NCBI GenBank assembly: GCA_010909165.1
Contig: VJWM01000068.1
Location: 124,001-188,000, forward strand
Origin: Anthoceros angustus
Lineage: Eukaryota; Plantae; Anthocerotophyta
Reading direction: 5' to 3'
Length of the DNA: 64,000 nucleotides
Part shown: positions 12,601 through 24,597 of the stretch, one piece after another
How positions within the stretch are numbered: position 1 is the stretch's first letter
Layout of the letters: every line of letters begins with the position of its first letter
Notes under the pieces: model-generated
Database searches by the model: none
Seen by the model: only the letters and a program-made list of their open reading frames with translations
What the model was told of the DNA's origin: nothing
Translations under genes and position numbers: made by a program

Positions 12601-14395
12601 TCAGCAACGTACTTTGAGCAAAGATACGTTGGGAATCCTTGCTTTGGTTGGACGAAGGCTGGGTTGGAAGGAGGGTTTTCCTTCGAGCAAGTCTGGACTG
12701 GAGCGAACTGAAAGGAGAACGGTTATAATATGTTGTTGAAAGCGGTGCAAGTCGGTGCCACTTGCAAGGGTATCTGACAAGAACGCTAAATATATAATAT
12801 CTGTGGCTGGCAGTCCACCGTGCCGGACAGCACTTGACACAGAGAGAGACCTATGACGGCACCATGGGGAGTGACCGAATGGAAATGAGATCAGCATGAC
12901 ATGCATCCTGGAAGATATCCAAACGGACGAATCGGGAGAAGACCCTCCTATCACTGAAGTTTGATCTCCATAGTCACATCGTCCTGCTCGGCAGAACAGT
13001 GAAAGGAGAAGTCCACTGAACAAAGGAAAGTGCAGGACAGTGCTCGGGCATGGAACTGGGTCCTGGGCCTCCAGGAGTCCAGGGGCCTGCTATCAGTGTG
13101 GTGGGCTCCTGCGAGGAATCTTCACAGAATCCCTGACGCTCTCGAGGGACAATGGCTGTAATGACCCTTCCTCTTCCCTTCCTCTTCTCTTCTCTTCTCA
13201 TCACAAAGCAAAGGGTATTATTACCACCATTTGTGTTCAGGTGGCTGAAGACTGGACGTGGGACCCATTCAGAAATTGAATGCTCTGCCCATTTGACCCA
13301 ACTCAACGGCGCAAGTAAAGTTGTAACCAGCTGCGGGTGAAACAGCCTCTAGGTCTCAGATGACTCAATTTGACATTGATAACATTGTCTGATGCTCGCC
13401 GTTGCAAGATCGAAGACTGTCGTGACGCGAAGAGAAGGCTCTCGCAGGTTGGAACACTCCAAAAAGCAATCACGAGACTTGTACAACTTATATCCGCGGA
13501 GGAGAGAATGTTTTGATGATCTTCCATTCCAATATTCTACGCCGCTGTTTCTGTTGCTGTTGTTGTTGTTGTTGTTGCTGCTGCTATTGCACATGTGTCA
13601 ACTCATTCTCCTCACACGACGGCACAGACACTGCAGTACGTTTGCACAGTGAAGTACACAGCTATGGGCAGTCCCGACTCCCGATCATCAGCTTGGCGGC
13701 CTATGCATCAAAAACCTCAAGAGCGCTAGCAGCGGCGAGCCTGGGAGGAGGACACTCTATCGCAGTTGAAACGGTTGAAGTAGCTCGGAGCAAAGGCTCA
13801 GTGGTGATAGCCTATAGGTGGCCAGTGCTGGTCACTGTTTACCTGGCTTGTTCGATGTGGAAGTCATGAATTCAGCGAATTCAGCGCTGATGGGTTTTCC
13901 GACAAGCCGAACGCCGTCCTGCAAATGCACATAGGGTCATATGGCCTTGCTTCCCTATATTTGGCCGGGGAGGAGAAGGACAGTAGTCTATCTTCAGGCG
14001 CGGCAATGCTGTAGCTGGAAATACGACAAGCACAGCGCACGCGCTGAAACCAAACCCGCCGTGTCGGCCCATTTGCTCCTCCTTCACTGGGCCCACTTGG
14101 GGTGGATGCCCCCAACACACTCTCCCAAACTCTTCCAACCATCGAACCTGCGCCTGATTCGTAGTCGGCGTCGGCCCCAGTCTTCCCTCCTCCTCTACCG
14201 GCTCGCTGGTAGGCCGGGTACGTTTCCCTTCTTATTGGCCACACTGGCATCTTATAATAATTTGGCAGGATGAATGCCCGAAGCATGTAAACATCATGTG
14301 AGGCCCCTTTCACGTTTCACATGGCCGCTGTGTTCTCTGACATGTCAGGGCCACGCTGGGCTGAATGCACCAAACGTGGAGATCCACGCTGGGGA
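9625..14395. repeat. Tandem duplication of a ~2.4 kb unit (9625-12017; 12018-14386)
   Basis: The two copies are near-identical. CGCTGGGGA occurs at 9625, 12018 and 14387. Differences are mostly 1-nt indels. Confidence 0.95.
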
Positions 14396-15038
14396 AATTT
14401 TGTCGGTTGTCATTTCACTGGGGCATTCAAGACACATAAGGCATATGTGTCGCGACGTGCGCAGGGCACAAAAACTAGCGTCAGAAAGCACCTGGCTCTC
14501 TGGCCGGTGCTTTCTGACGGGGTTTTGCACCCCGAGTTGGCGCCCACGTAGGCGCCACGGTGTGGAACGAAGTCTCCCTGTGAGACGGGCCTGAGATCCT
14601 GTTCAGGTTTTAATCAGTCCTGATGGCGAGGGAATCTCCGCCGATGCTCCAAGTTTCAAATACTGGCTCCACAGTGATGAGCAACATGCCTGCCAAGACA
14701 AGTACGTAAAGGTATCCTGAATGGAAGAGAGTGACTCCCATTATCAGATTCTCCTGACCATCCTGTGTGACCGTCCCCCTCACGGTACATAGGAGTACAT
14801 GAAGTGTCTTCCTCGGTACCACGGCGAAGATCATGGGCCACCCAACTAAGCCACCGCCCATCTTGTGCTAATGAGAAGATATTCGGTAGTAGGAGACGCA
14901 TAAGTTGTCTAAAGATGGCAAGCCGTCCAAGGGCAGCAAAGCCAGTGGTTCATAACGTGTAAACATCCACTGCATTGCTCCCATCGAGTGTTGCCTTCGA
15001 CGGACCAGAGGGCTCGCATGATCTCCTATTTCAACCTT

Positions 15039-15146
15039 CGGACCCCACTTGCAATCAGGCTTATGAGCGTTTCAAAAAGGCTTAGCTCGTTTAGTTTTGC
15101 CTCAACTTGGATGAAGGATGAACACCGCCAACTTGCTCAGTTCTGG
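15039..15146. repeat. 108-bp direct repeat, copy 1 (copy 2 at 17072-17178)
   Basis: CGGACCCCACTTGCAATC...CTCAGTTCTGG is identical in both copies except A5 vs A4 in one homopolymer. Confidence 0.95.
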
Positions 15147-17071
15147 TCCTGATCTCCACGGGTGGACAAGCAGCACTGTGACATGCATCGTTGCACCCTA
15201 CACGCCATGGTACCAATACTGTGCCACAGGTCCAGACGCCGTGCGCCTAGTAGTTGAACGACCCATCAAAGGTTGTCACCTGCGCATCTGACCAAATTCT
15301 ATCCAGCCCAGACTCCAGAAAGGCTCACCTACAACGACAATGATGCTGAGCCAACCGTTCGGTGAAAAATAAGTGTGTTCCAAGGCGATTGCTCAGCAGG
15401 ATGCCCAATTTCAATTCAGTGTCCTTTAATTCTTCGCTTGCTGGTGGGGTTCTTGAGCCTGCATAAAGCACCGAGATAGCTCGAACCCTAGGGGCGTTAA
15501 GTGACGATTCCAACAAATCGAACTTGACGATTGGTTGGAAAGCCGACAGTGAGAACCAATTTCACCTGAAATCTCCGTCACGGACATTCTGGTCCATACT
15601 CGGAGGCTGCATGTGTAATATCCTATGAAAATGTTCTCTCCTCCAAATATCTTCGAGGCGAGCATGTCTGGACCAGGATGCACACCAATCTAAGCTTTGA
15701 CCAGGCTGGAGCGATTGGTGTTGTGCAGATATGGGGCCCCGGGCAACTGAGTCCATGGAATGATAGTGATCCTTTGCGCATTCATCAGAGGTAGTGCCCT
15801 TTGATGCCAGAGTGCAATCGTGTAGTGCTCAGAGCTTGCACTTACGTCATACTCTTACAGCCCCTCTTACAGGAGGGAGTCTGGTAATAATATCTCACTG
15901 TGGAAGATTTGATTGCAGCTTGGAGATTTGTGTCCTCCTCGCACAGTGCTTGCCAAGGCTGCCATGGACACCTGTTAAAAACCCTAAAATTGATGCTCTG
16001 GTGATGGTCTAATGAGACTCAACACTTGCAGCAAGTTCGAGGAATCCAGCTCAGGAACTAGCATGTTTGATGAGTTGTTGCTGGAGAAGCAGGTGAGAGT
16101 GATCTGGAGCCAGATTCCGCACAGCTCCGTGTCCTCACCATGATTCTTCAAGGCTGCTTCATGCCGGAAGCAGTACAACCAGCTTCAGAAGTTCAGTGAA
16201 CTTTGCTGGTGTCAGATGTGCAGATAAGCTGCCACGATGACATAACGGTTGACGAAACGATGGTGCAGCCTTGGCTGGCCAAACTTGCGCTTGCTCCCCA
16301 TGGAAAATGCTGGGCCACAGCTCCACAGGTGTCCCTCGGAAGGAGAATGCATGACATTGGTCGAGAGTAATAACTGTGACCGGTGACGTGATGCCATCCT
16401 GCATGATCAAGAACCATCAGCGCATGGAAGGGGCAGCGCCGCCGGGAGAGAGAAGAGAGAGGGGGAGAAACGGGGGGCCCGACCCGGCACGCGCACCCTG
16501 CCACTGGACCGCGTGCCGATCGCCTAGAATGCACCTGCAACCACCACAACCCCATCCCTCTGCACCCATTGGCCAGACGTTTCTGTCCACTAGGCCTCCC
16601 TCCTCCTCCTGCTCCTCCTCCTCCTCCCCCGCCCCTCTCCCCGCGAACGGACCCTTCACCACTCACACGTCGTTGCCTCCTGCATTCTCGCAACCAGCAT
16701 ACGGAAGCCGTAACCTAAACCCGTGCAGCAGCCATGGCCTCCGCATTCCATGTCCATCCATCACACAACCCTGAAAAGCAGCAGCGGAGCAGCGGACATG
16801 CATAGAATACCATACACCCCGCATGTAGATCCAGTTTGTATAGCTTGCACACTGCGATGACACGCGCAGGGAACGGGACCGGGGACGTGCAAATAAGTTA
16901 TTAATTAGAACACTCGCTGCTTAACACCTGATACGGATCTGACACCATATCAAACAAGATCACATTCACGACTGGGCACTTCCTCCTGCCATGCCATGGC
17001 CGAACCCCCGGGGCCGGGACTGCAGTGGGAGCACCCCAGCCCAGCCGCCCTGAGAGCACGCGCGTGATCCC

Positions 17072-17178
17072 CGGACCCCACTTGCAATCAGGCTTATGAG
17101 CGTTTCAAAAGGCTTAGCTCGTTTAGTTTTGCCTCAACTTGGATGAAGGATGAACACCGCCAACTTGCTCAGTTCTGG
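17072..17178. repeat. 108-bp direct repeat, copy 2
   Basis: Matches 15039-15146. Confidence 0.95.
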
Positions 17179-17240
17179 GTTGGAGCAGATCGAACGTGGC
17201 GGACACCCGCTCGGCGGCCATGTTGCACCAAGGCGTTCCC

Positions 17241-17272
<32 letters not shown>

Positions 17273-17296
17273 TGCTGTTGCTGCTGTTGCTGCTGC
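17241..17296. repeat. (CTG)n microsatellite with CTG>TTG interruptions
   Basis: Read directly from the sequence. Confidence 0.95.
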
Positions 17297-18808
17297 GCGC
17301 AAAGATTCTTTGCTCATGTGCAGCAAAGCCGCCATGTGTGCGAGCCCCGGCCTGCTAGTAAGCTAATCCACGCTAACAGCCAAGCGTGACAAAAGTTACT
17401 GTTGCGCCCGCTGTTTTTCACCTCGGTTAAAAATAGCGTCGCAGTAACATGGGTCCCAACGTGACGAGCCACAAGCCCTAATTCGACGTCGGTGGGCGTG
17501 CAGGATGCAGGCGAAGCGGTGCGGCAGGCGAATATGTACACATATATCTTTATTCCCGCACCACCAGGATTTATTGAAAAAGATCTGCATTTCCGCAGAA
17601 TCTCCTCCTCTTCACCGTAACCGGACAATGGTCAACCCCTCGACGTGGCGCTTCCCGCTCCATCTCATCACGCCTTCCAAGGCTCCCACGTCTCCGATAC
17701 ACAGACGTCTCGTACATTCCCCAGGCTTTCATGCTTTTCTTACTCCACAACATGTTATAAACAATCAAACTATCTCCTACGTAGTTCCATAATATGACTA
17801 TTTATTTAAGGATAATTAAGTATACTTTAATCATCTCACAAATAATAAGGTATATGTTTTACTATCAAAGATTGAATCCAACCACCTCTTCGTCTCTTCT
17901 CCTCTCTATGTACGAATCGATCACATCGGACTTCACCTACACCCAATGTTCGGAGAGATGTCAGAACAGGTTCACGAAGGTGGCGTGATCTTGTCACCTT
18001 GAGGGCACCGTGGTGTACACGCATCAATGGGACGTCATAGGTACCCACCACCACCAAATATGTCCGTGGATAGACAACGGCACATGCTTGCAATCCACGA
18101 ATCGTTCCCCATCAAATATGGATAGACAACGGCACATGCTTGTGCAATCCACACGAATCGTTCCCTGTCAAATCTCCAAACAAGCCTGCTGGTCATTGTA
18201 CATACCATGGATTTTAATCTTCGAGTGTCAGTACCAAGAGAATGGATCACTCCTTAACGATGAATTCGAATTATTGTCCGAGACTGGTTTACTACAGGTT
18301 TCTACATCACGTGTTTTCTGATATCTCACTCACTCGCAGGAAACCAACATACCCTATTCTTAATGACATAGACAGAACTACCTGTCTTTCATACTTTAAT
18401 ACATATTACTACTTTGCATGAGGTATCGAAGGTTCCTACACCGAACATAGAATGGGGTGTGTTGAAAAAAGAAGATAAAGCAAAGTTGGATGAATACCAA
18501 GGAGTCTAAAAGAGACCAAACATACGAGGTACGGGACCACCATCTCTTATATTACGATGCATTGAACTACCCTTGTCAATGTATTTACAAGGGTATCCAT
18601 CCAAGGTTCCTTCAACGGACATAGCTTTGTCCGGGAGAGAAGGAAACACCAACACGAACGCGATGATGTTTTTTTTAATGGTCGTTGTTGGGGAGTAAAA
18701 TATGGAAGAATTACTTTTGACATAAGACTAAAGAGGAAAGGGGCGGGGAAAGAGGGTGAAGCCACGCACGCAGCGTGCCACTAGAGAAGGAAGTCCGGCA
18801 CCCGGGCC

Positions 18809-18826
18809 TGGGCCTGGGCCTGGGCC
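18809..18826 (+). promoter_or_regulatory. Tandem (TGGGCC)3 site II-like motifs upstream of the ACL5 leader (copies at 20364-20381 and 23970-23987)
   Basis: Three adjacent TGGGCC hexamers. TGGGCY site II elements are known TCP-associated proximal promoter motifs. Function here is inferred. Confidence 0.45.
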
Positions 18827-19244
18827 TCGGCCTTGGGGCCTCTTGAAATACTTGATCCCACGGCCATCTCTTCCGCCTTCCATTTCCATTTCCCTTTTCC
18901 TTGTGTTGCTGTCCTTGGCCTTCCCGTTGCACAACACTCGTGCCTCTGCCTGCCGCTGCTTCTGCTTCTACTGCTTCTGCTTCTCTGCTTCTGCTTCTAC
19001 TGCTTCCACTGCTTCTGCTTCTACTGCTTCTGCTTCTCTGCTTCTGCTGCTGCTGCGCTCACGCAGCTTGCCGGCAAGCGACACTAGAATTGGGCGCTGC
19101 TTCTGCTTCTACTGCTTCTACTGCTTCCTGCTTCTGCTTCTACTGCTTCTACTGCTTCTACTGCTTCTGCTGCTGCTGCGCTCACGCAGCTTGCCGGCAA
19201 GCGACACTAGAATTGGGCGCTGCTTCTGCCTGCTGCTGACAGGA

Positions 19245-19538
19245 ATGGGGCAAGCTACGGACTTGGAGGTGGTGGCTCACCAGAACGGGAACGGGAACGG
19301 GAACGGATCGCTGCTGCCCACCTTCCTTCCCTTTCTCTGCCTCCTGCTTCTGCCTGCTGCTGACAGGAATGGGGCAAGCTACGGACTTGGAGGTGGTGGC
19401 TCACCAGAACGGGAACGGGAACGGGAACGGGAACGGGAACGGGAACGGGAACGGATCGCTGCTGCCCAATGGCGGATCCGGGCTGCAGAATGGATCGGCG
19501 GGACGGGCAGAACGGATCCCTGGACCCACGAAGGTGGC
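19245..19538 (+). pseudogene. ACL5: Two internally deleted ACL5 exon 1 fragments (ATG at 19245 and 19369)
   Basis: MGQATDLEVVAHQNGNG... with expanded (AACGGG)n. The sequence jumps back to the upstream block at CACGAAGGTGGC (19527). Confidence 0.75.
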
Positions 19539-21038
19539 GTGATCTTGTCACCTTGAGGGCACCGTGGTGTACACGCATCAATGGGACGTCATAGGTACCC
19601 ACCACCACCAAATATGTCCGTGGATAGACAACGGCACATGCTTGTGCAATCCACACGAATCGTTCCCCATCAAATATGGATAGACAACGGCACATGCTTG
19701 TGCAATCCACACGAATCGTTCCCTGTCAAATCTCCAAACAAGCCTGCTGGTCATTGTACATACCATGGATTTTAATCTTCGAGTGTCAGTACCAAGAGAA
19801 TGGATCACTCCTTAACGATGAATTCAATTATTGTCCGAGGCGGTTTACTGAGGTTTCTACATCACGTGTTTTCTGATATCTCACTCACTCGCAGGAAACC
19901 AACATACCCTATTCTTAATGACATAGACAGAACTACCTGTCTTTCATACTTTAATACATATTACTACTTTGCATGAGGTATCGAAGGTTCCTACACCGAA
20001 CATAGAATGGGGTGTGTTGAAAAAGAAGATAAAGCAAAGTTGGATGAATACCAAGGAGTCTAAAAGAGACCAAACATACGAGGTACGGGACCACCATCTC
20101 TTATATTACGATGCATTGAACTACCCTTGTCAATGTATTTACAAGGGTATCCATCCAAGGTTCCTTCAACGGACATAGCTTTGTCCGGGAGAGAAGGAAA
20201 CACCAACACGAACGCGATGATGTTTTTTTTAATGGTCGTTGTTGGGGAGTAAAATATGGAAGAATTACTTTGACATAAGACTAAAGAGGAAAGGGAGCGG
20301 GGGAAAGAGGGTGAAGCCACGCACGCAGCGTGCCACTAGAGAAGGAAGTCCGGCACCCGGGCCTGGGCCTGGGCCTGGGCCTCTGGGCCTCTTGAAATAC
20401 TTGATCCCACGGCCATCTCTTCCGCCTTCCATTTCCATTTCCCTTTTCCTTGTGTTGCTGTCCTTGGCCTTTCCCGTTGCACAACACTCGTGCCTCTGCC
20501 TGCCGGCTCAGCTTGTGCTCTTGCGGCGCCTCTTTCCTTTGGCTGAAAGCTGCTGCGCTCACGCAGCTTGCCGGCGCAAGCGACACTAGAATTGGGCGCT
20601 GCTTCTGCTGCTCTGCTCTGCTCTGCTTCTCTGCTCTGCTCTGCTGCTGCTCTGCTCTGCTCTGCCTGCCTGCTTCTGCTTCTCTGCTTCTGCTTCTACT
20701 GCTTCTGCCTGCCGCTGCTGCTTCTGCTCTGCTTCTGCCTGCTGCTGCCGCTGCTGCTGCTTCCGCTCTGCTTCTGCCTGCTCTGCTTCTGCCTGCTCTG
20801 CTTCTGCTGCTGCCGCTGCTGCCGCTGCTGCCGCTGCTGCTGCCTGCTGCTGCCTGCTGCTGCTGCTGCCTGCTGCTTCTGCTCTGCTTCTGCTGCTGCC
20901 CACCTTCCTTCCTCGTCCCTGCGCCTTGAGCAGAGGGAGCGGAATTCCGGGTGCAGGGTTGCTGGGGTGCGGAGAGGAATTCCGGGAGCTGCTGGACCTG
21001 GGCGCGGGGCAATTCTGGGCCGCCTGCTGCTGACGGGA

Positions 21039-21334
21039 ATGGGGCAAGCTACGGACTTGGAGGTGGTGGCTCACCAGAACGGGAACGGGGCCAAGGGGCA
21101 GGCGCGGGCCAACGGATCCGCTCTCCCTCCGCCCAGCACCGAGAACGGGACCTCGCTTCCCGGGAACGGGAACGGGAACGGATCGCTGCTGCCCAATGGC
21201 GGATCCGGGCTGCAGAATGGATCGGCCGGGACGGGGCAGAACGGATCCCTGGACCCACGAAAGGTGGCCCCTCCGCGCCGCTGGTTCGAGGAGGAGCTCG
21301 AGGAGGACCTGGTGTGGAAGTTCGGCGTCTCCAA
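21039..21334 (+). CDS. ACL5: Thermospermine synthase ACL5 exon 1 (the only copy with an intact frame throughout)
   Basis: MGQATDLEVV...PRRWFEEELEEDLVWKFGVSK then a GT donor at 21335. WFEEEL..DL.W.F corresponds to the ACL5 N-terminal W(Y/F)EE.I.DDL.WSF motif. Confidence 0.85.
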
Positions 21335-21772
21335 GTGCGTCCTCCTGCCTTAATTGCCTCACACCGGGGAGCCCAATTCCGCTTCCCTTTCTCTCTGCCT
21401 CCGCCTCTGTCTCTGCCTCTGGGCCTGTGGGAGAACGCGGCGCTGCTTCTGCTGTTGCTGATTTTTCAATTTGAAGCTCCTTGCTAATTTGCGGGTCTCG
21501 TCTGCTCTGCCGCTGCTGCTTCTGCTGCTGCCGCTGCTGCCGCTGCTGCCGCTGCTGCTGCTGCTGCTTCTGCTGCTGCTTCTGCTTCTGCTTCTGCTTC
21601 TGCTTCTGCTTCTGCTTCTGCTTCTGCTGCTGCCCACCTTCCTTCCTCGTCCCTGCGCCTTGAGCAGAGGGAGCGGAATTCCGGGTGCAGGGTTGCTGGG
21701 GTGCGGAGAGGAATTCCGGGAGCTGCTGGACCTGGGCGCGGGGCAATTCTGGGCCGCCTGCTGCTGACGGGA

Positions 21773-23116
21773 ATGGGGCAAGCTACGGACTTGGAGGTGG
21801 TGGCTCACCAGAACGGGAACGGGGCCAAGGGGCAGGCGCGGGCCAACGGATCCGCTCTCCCTCCGCCCAGCACCGAGAACGGGACCTCGCTTCCCGGGAA
21901 CGGGAACGGAACGGATCGCTGCCCAATGGCGGATCCGGGCTGCAGAATGGATCGGCCGGGACGGGCAGAACGGATCCCTGGACCCACGAAGGTGGCCCTC
22001 CGCGCCGCTGGTTCGAGGAGGAGCTCGAGGAGGACCTGGTGTGGAAGTTCGGCGTCTCCAAGTGCGTCCTCCTGCCTTAATTGCCTCACACCGGGGAGCC
22101 CAATTCCGCTTCCTTTCTCTCTGCCTCCGCCTCTGTCTCTGCCTCTGGGCCTGTGGGAGAACGCGGCGCTGCTTCTGCTGTTGCTGATTTTTCAATTTGA
22201 AGCTCCTTGCTAATTTGCGGGTCTCGTCTGCTCTTGCCTTTGCCTTGCCTTGCGTTGCCGCCTGCAGGAGCTTCACAGCGGCGTGAGCCAGTTCCAAAGC
22301 ATCGAATTGGTGGAGAGCGGGCCCTTCGGGAAGGTGAGCCAATTTCTGGGTACGCCTCGGTGTTTCGTGTGTACGGCTCAGGCCCGGCTCGGCTCAGGGC
22401 GCCCGTTGCGTTACATTTTGGCGCAGGTTTTGCTCTTGGATGGGAAGCTGCAGAGTTCGGAGGCGGATGAGTTTGTGTACCACGAATGTATTGTGCACCC
22501 GGCGGTTCTGTATCACAGAAGTAAGTCATGCTCTCCAGATGTTGCTTGCTACCACGCCTTTGTGGCTTGCGTTTGTCAGCTCTGAAGCGAGCGTGTTGTG
22601 GTTGGTTTTGGTGGGCGGTCCAGTCCCAGGAGTATATTTATCATGGGCGGTGGGAAGGCTCGACCGCACGAGAAGCGTTGAGGCACCGGAGCGTGAAGAA
22701 AGTGGTCATGTGTGACATCGACAAGGTGATTTGAGGGGTGGCATGTCAGGTTATGCAGTTATCACGATTGAGTCGTCTCTGCTCACGCCCGCCTCCTTGT
22801 TTTGTGCGCAGGAGGTGGTTGATTTCTGTCGAGCACACCTCACTGCGAATGCTGAAGCTTTCCAGAGCAGTCGCTTGGAGTTGGTTATAAACTGTGCCAG
22901 GTGTGCTCTTTCCCCATTTCGAGGCTCTCTGAACCTGTTTGACCTCAGCAGTATTTGAACTACGGTTGCTCATGAGTACTCTGTTGCTGCTGTGTACTTT
23001 GTGCTTCGAAACTGACAGGGCCGAACTGGAATCCCGGAACGAGGTGTTTGATGTCATTGTGGGTGATTTGGCTGATCCTGTGGATGGAGGTCCGTGCTAC
23101 CAGCTCTACACCCAAT
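21773..23116 (+). pseudogene. ACL5: Partial ACL5 copy (frameshifted exon 1 to mid GGPCYQLYTQ exon)
   Basis: ELHSGVSQFQSI, VLLLDGKLQSSEADEFVYHE, GGGEGSTAREAL, DVIVGDLADPVDGGPCYQLYTQ, then a jump to the upstream block at CTACACCCAAT. Confidence 0.8.
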
Positions 23117-24597
23117 GTTCGGAGAGATGTCGAGCAGTTCACGAAGGTGGCGTGATCTTGTCACCTTGAGGCACCGTGGTGTACACGCATCAATGGGACG
23201 TCATAGGTACCCACCACCACCAAAATATGTCCGTGGATGAACAACGGCACATGCTTGTGCAATCCACACGAATCGTTCCCCATCAAATATGGATAGAACA
23301 ACGGCACATGCTTGTGCAATCCACACGAATCGTTCCTGTCAAATCTCCAAACAAGCCTGGTCATTGTACATACCATGGATTTTAATCTTGAGTGTCGATA
23401 CCAAGAGAATGGATCACTCCTTAACGATGAATTCAATTATTGTCCGAGGCGGTTTACTGAGGTTTCTACATCACGTGTTTTCTGATATCTCACTCACTCG
23501 CAGGAAACCAACATACCCTATTCTTAATGACATAGACAGAACTACCTGTCTTTCATACTTTAATACATATTACTACTTTGCATGAGGTATCGAAGGTTCC
23601 TACACCGAACATAGAATGGGGTGTGTTGAAAAAGAAGATAAAGCAAAGTTGGATGAATACCAAGGAGTCTAAAAGAGACCAAACATACGAGGTACGGGAC
23701 CACCATCTCTTATATTACGATGCATTGAACTACCCTTGTCAATGTATTTACAAGGGTATCCATCCAAGGTTCCTTCAACGGACATAGCTTTGTCCGGGAG
23801 AGAAGGAAACACCAACACGAACGCGATGATGTTTTTAATGGTCGTTGTTGGGGAGTAAAATATGGAAGAATTACTTTGACATAAGACTAAAGAGGAAAGG
23901 GAGCGGGGGAAAGAGGGTGAAGCCACGCACGCAGCGTGCCACTAGAGAAGGAAGTCCGGCACCCGGGCCTGGGCCTGGGCCTGGGCCTCGGCCTTGGGGG
24001 CCTCTTGAAATACTTGATCCCACGGCCATCTCTTCCGCCTTCCATTTCCATTTCCCTTTTCCTTGTGTTGCTGTCCTTGGCCTTTCCCGTTGCACAACAC
24101 TCGTGCCTCTGCCTGCCGGCTCAGCTTGTGCTCTTGCGGCGCCTCTTTCCTTTGGCTGAAAGCTGCTGCGCTCACGCAGCTTGCCGGCGCAAGCGACACT
24201 AGAATTGGGCGCTGCTTCTGCTGCTTCTGCTTCTACTGCTTCTGCTTCTACTGCTTCTGCTTCTGCTTCTCCTGCTTCTGCTTCTGCTTCTCCTGCTTCT
24301 GCTTCTACTGCTTCTACTGCTTCCACTGCTTCTGCTTCTGCTTCTGCTTCTGCTTCTGCTTCTGCTTCCTGCTGCTGCCGCCTGCTGCCTGCTGCTGCTG
24401 CTGCCTGCTGCTGCCTGCTGCTTCTGCTTCTCTGCTGCTTCTGCTTGCTTCTGCTTCTGCTGCTGCCCACCTTCCTTCCCTGCGCCTTGAGCAGAGGGAG
24501 CGGAATTCAGGTGCAGGGTTGCTGGGGTGCGGAGAGGAATTCCGGGAGCTGCTGGACCTGGGCGCGGGCAATTCTGGGCCGCCTGCTGCTGACAGGA

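Noticed and set aside
15039-17178. LTR retrotransposon/TRIM defined by the 108-bp repeats
   Set aside because: I found no TG...CA ends, PBS, polypurine tract or target-site duplication. Kept only as an unexplained direct repeat.
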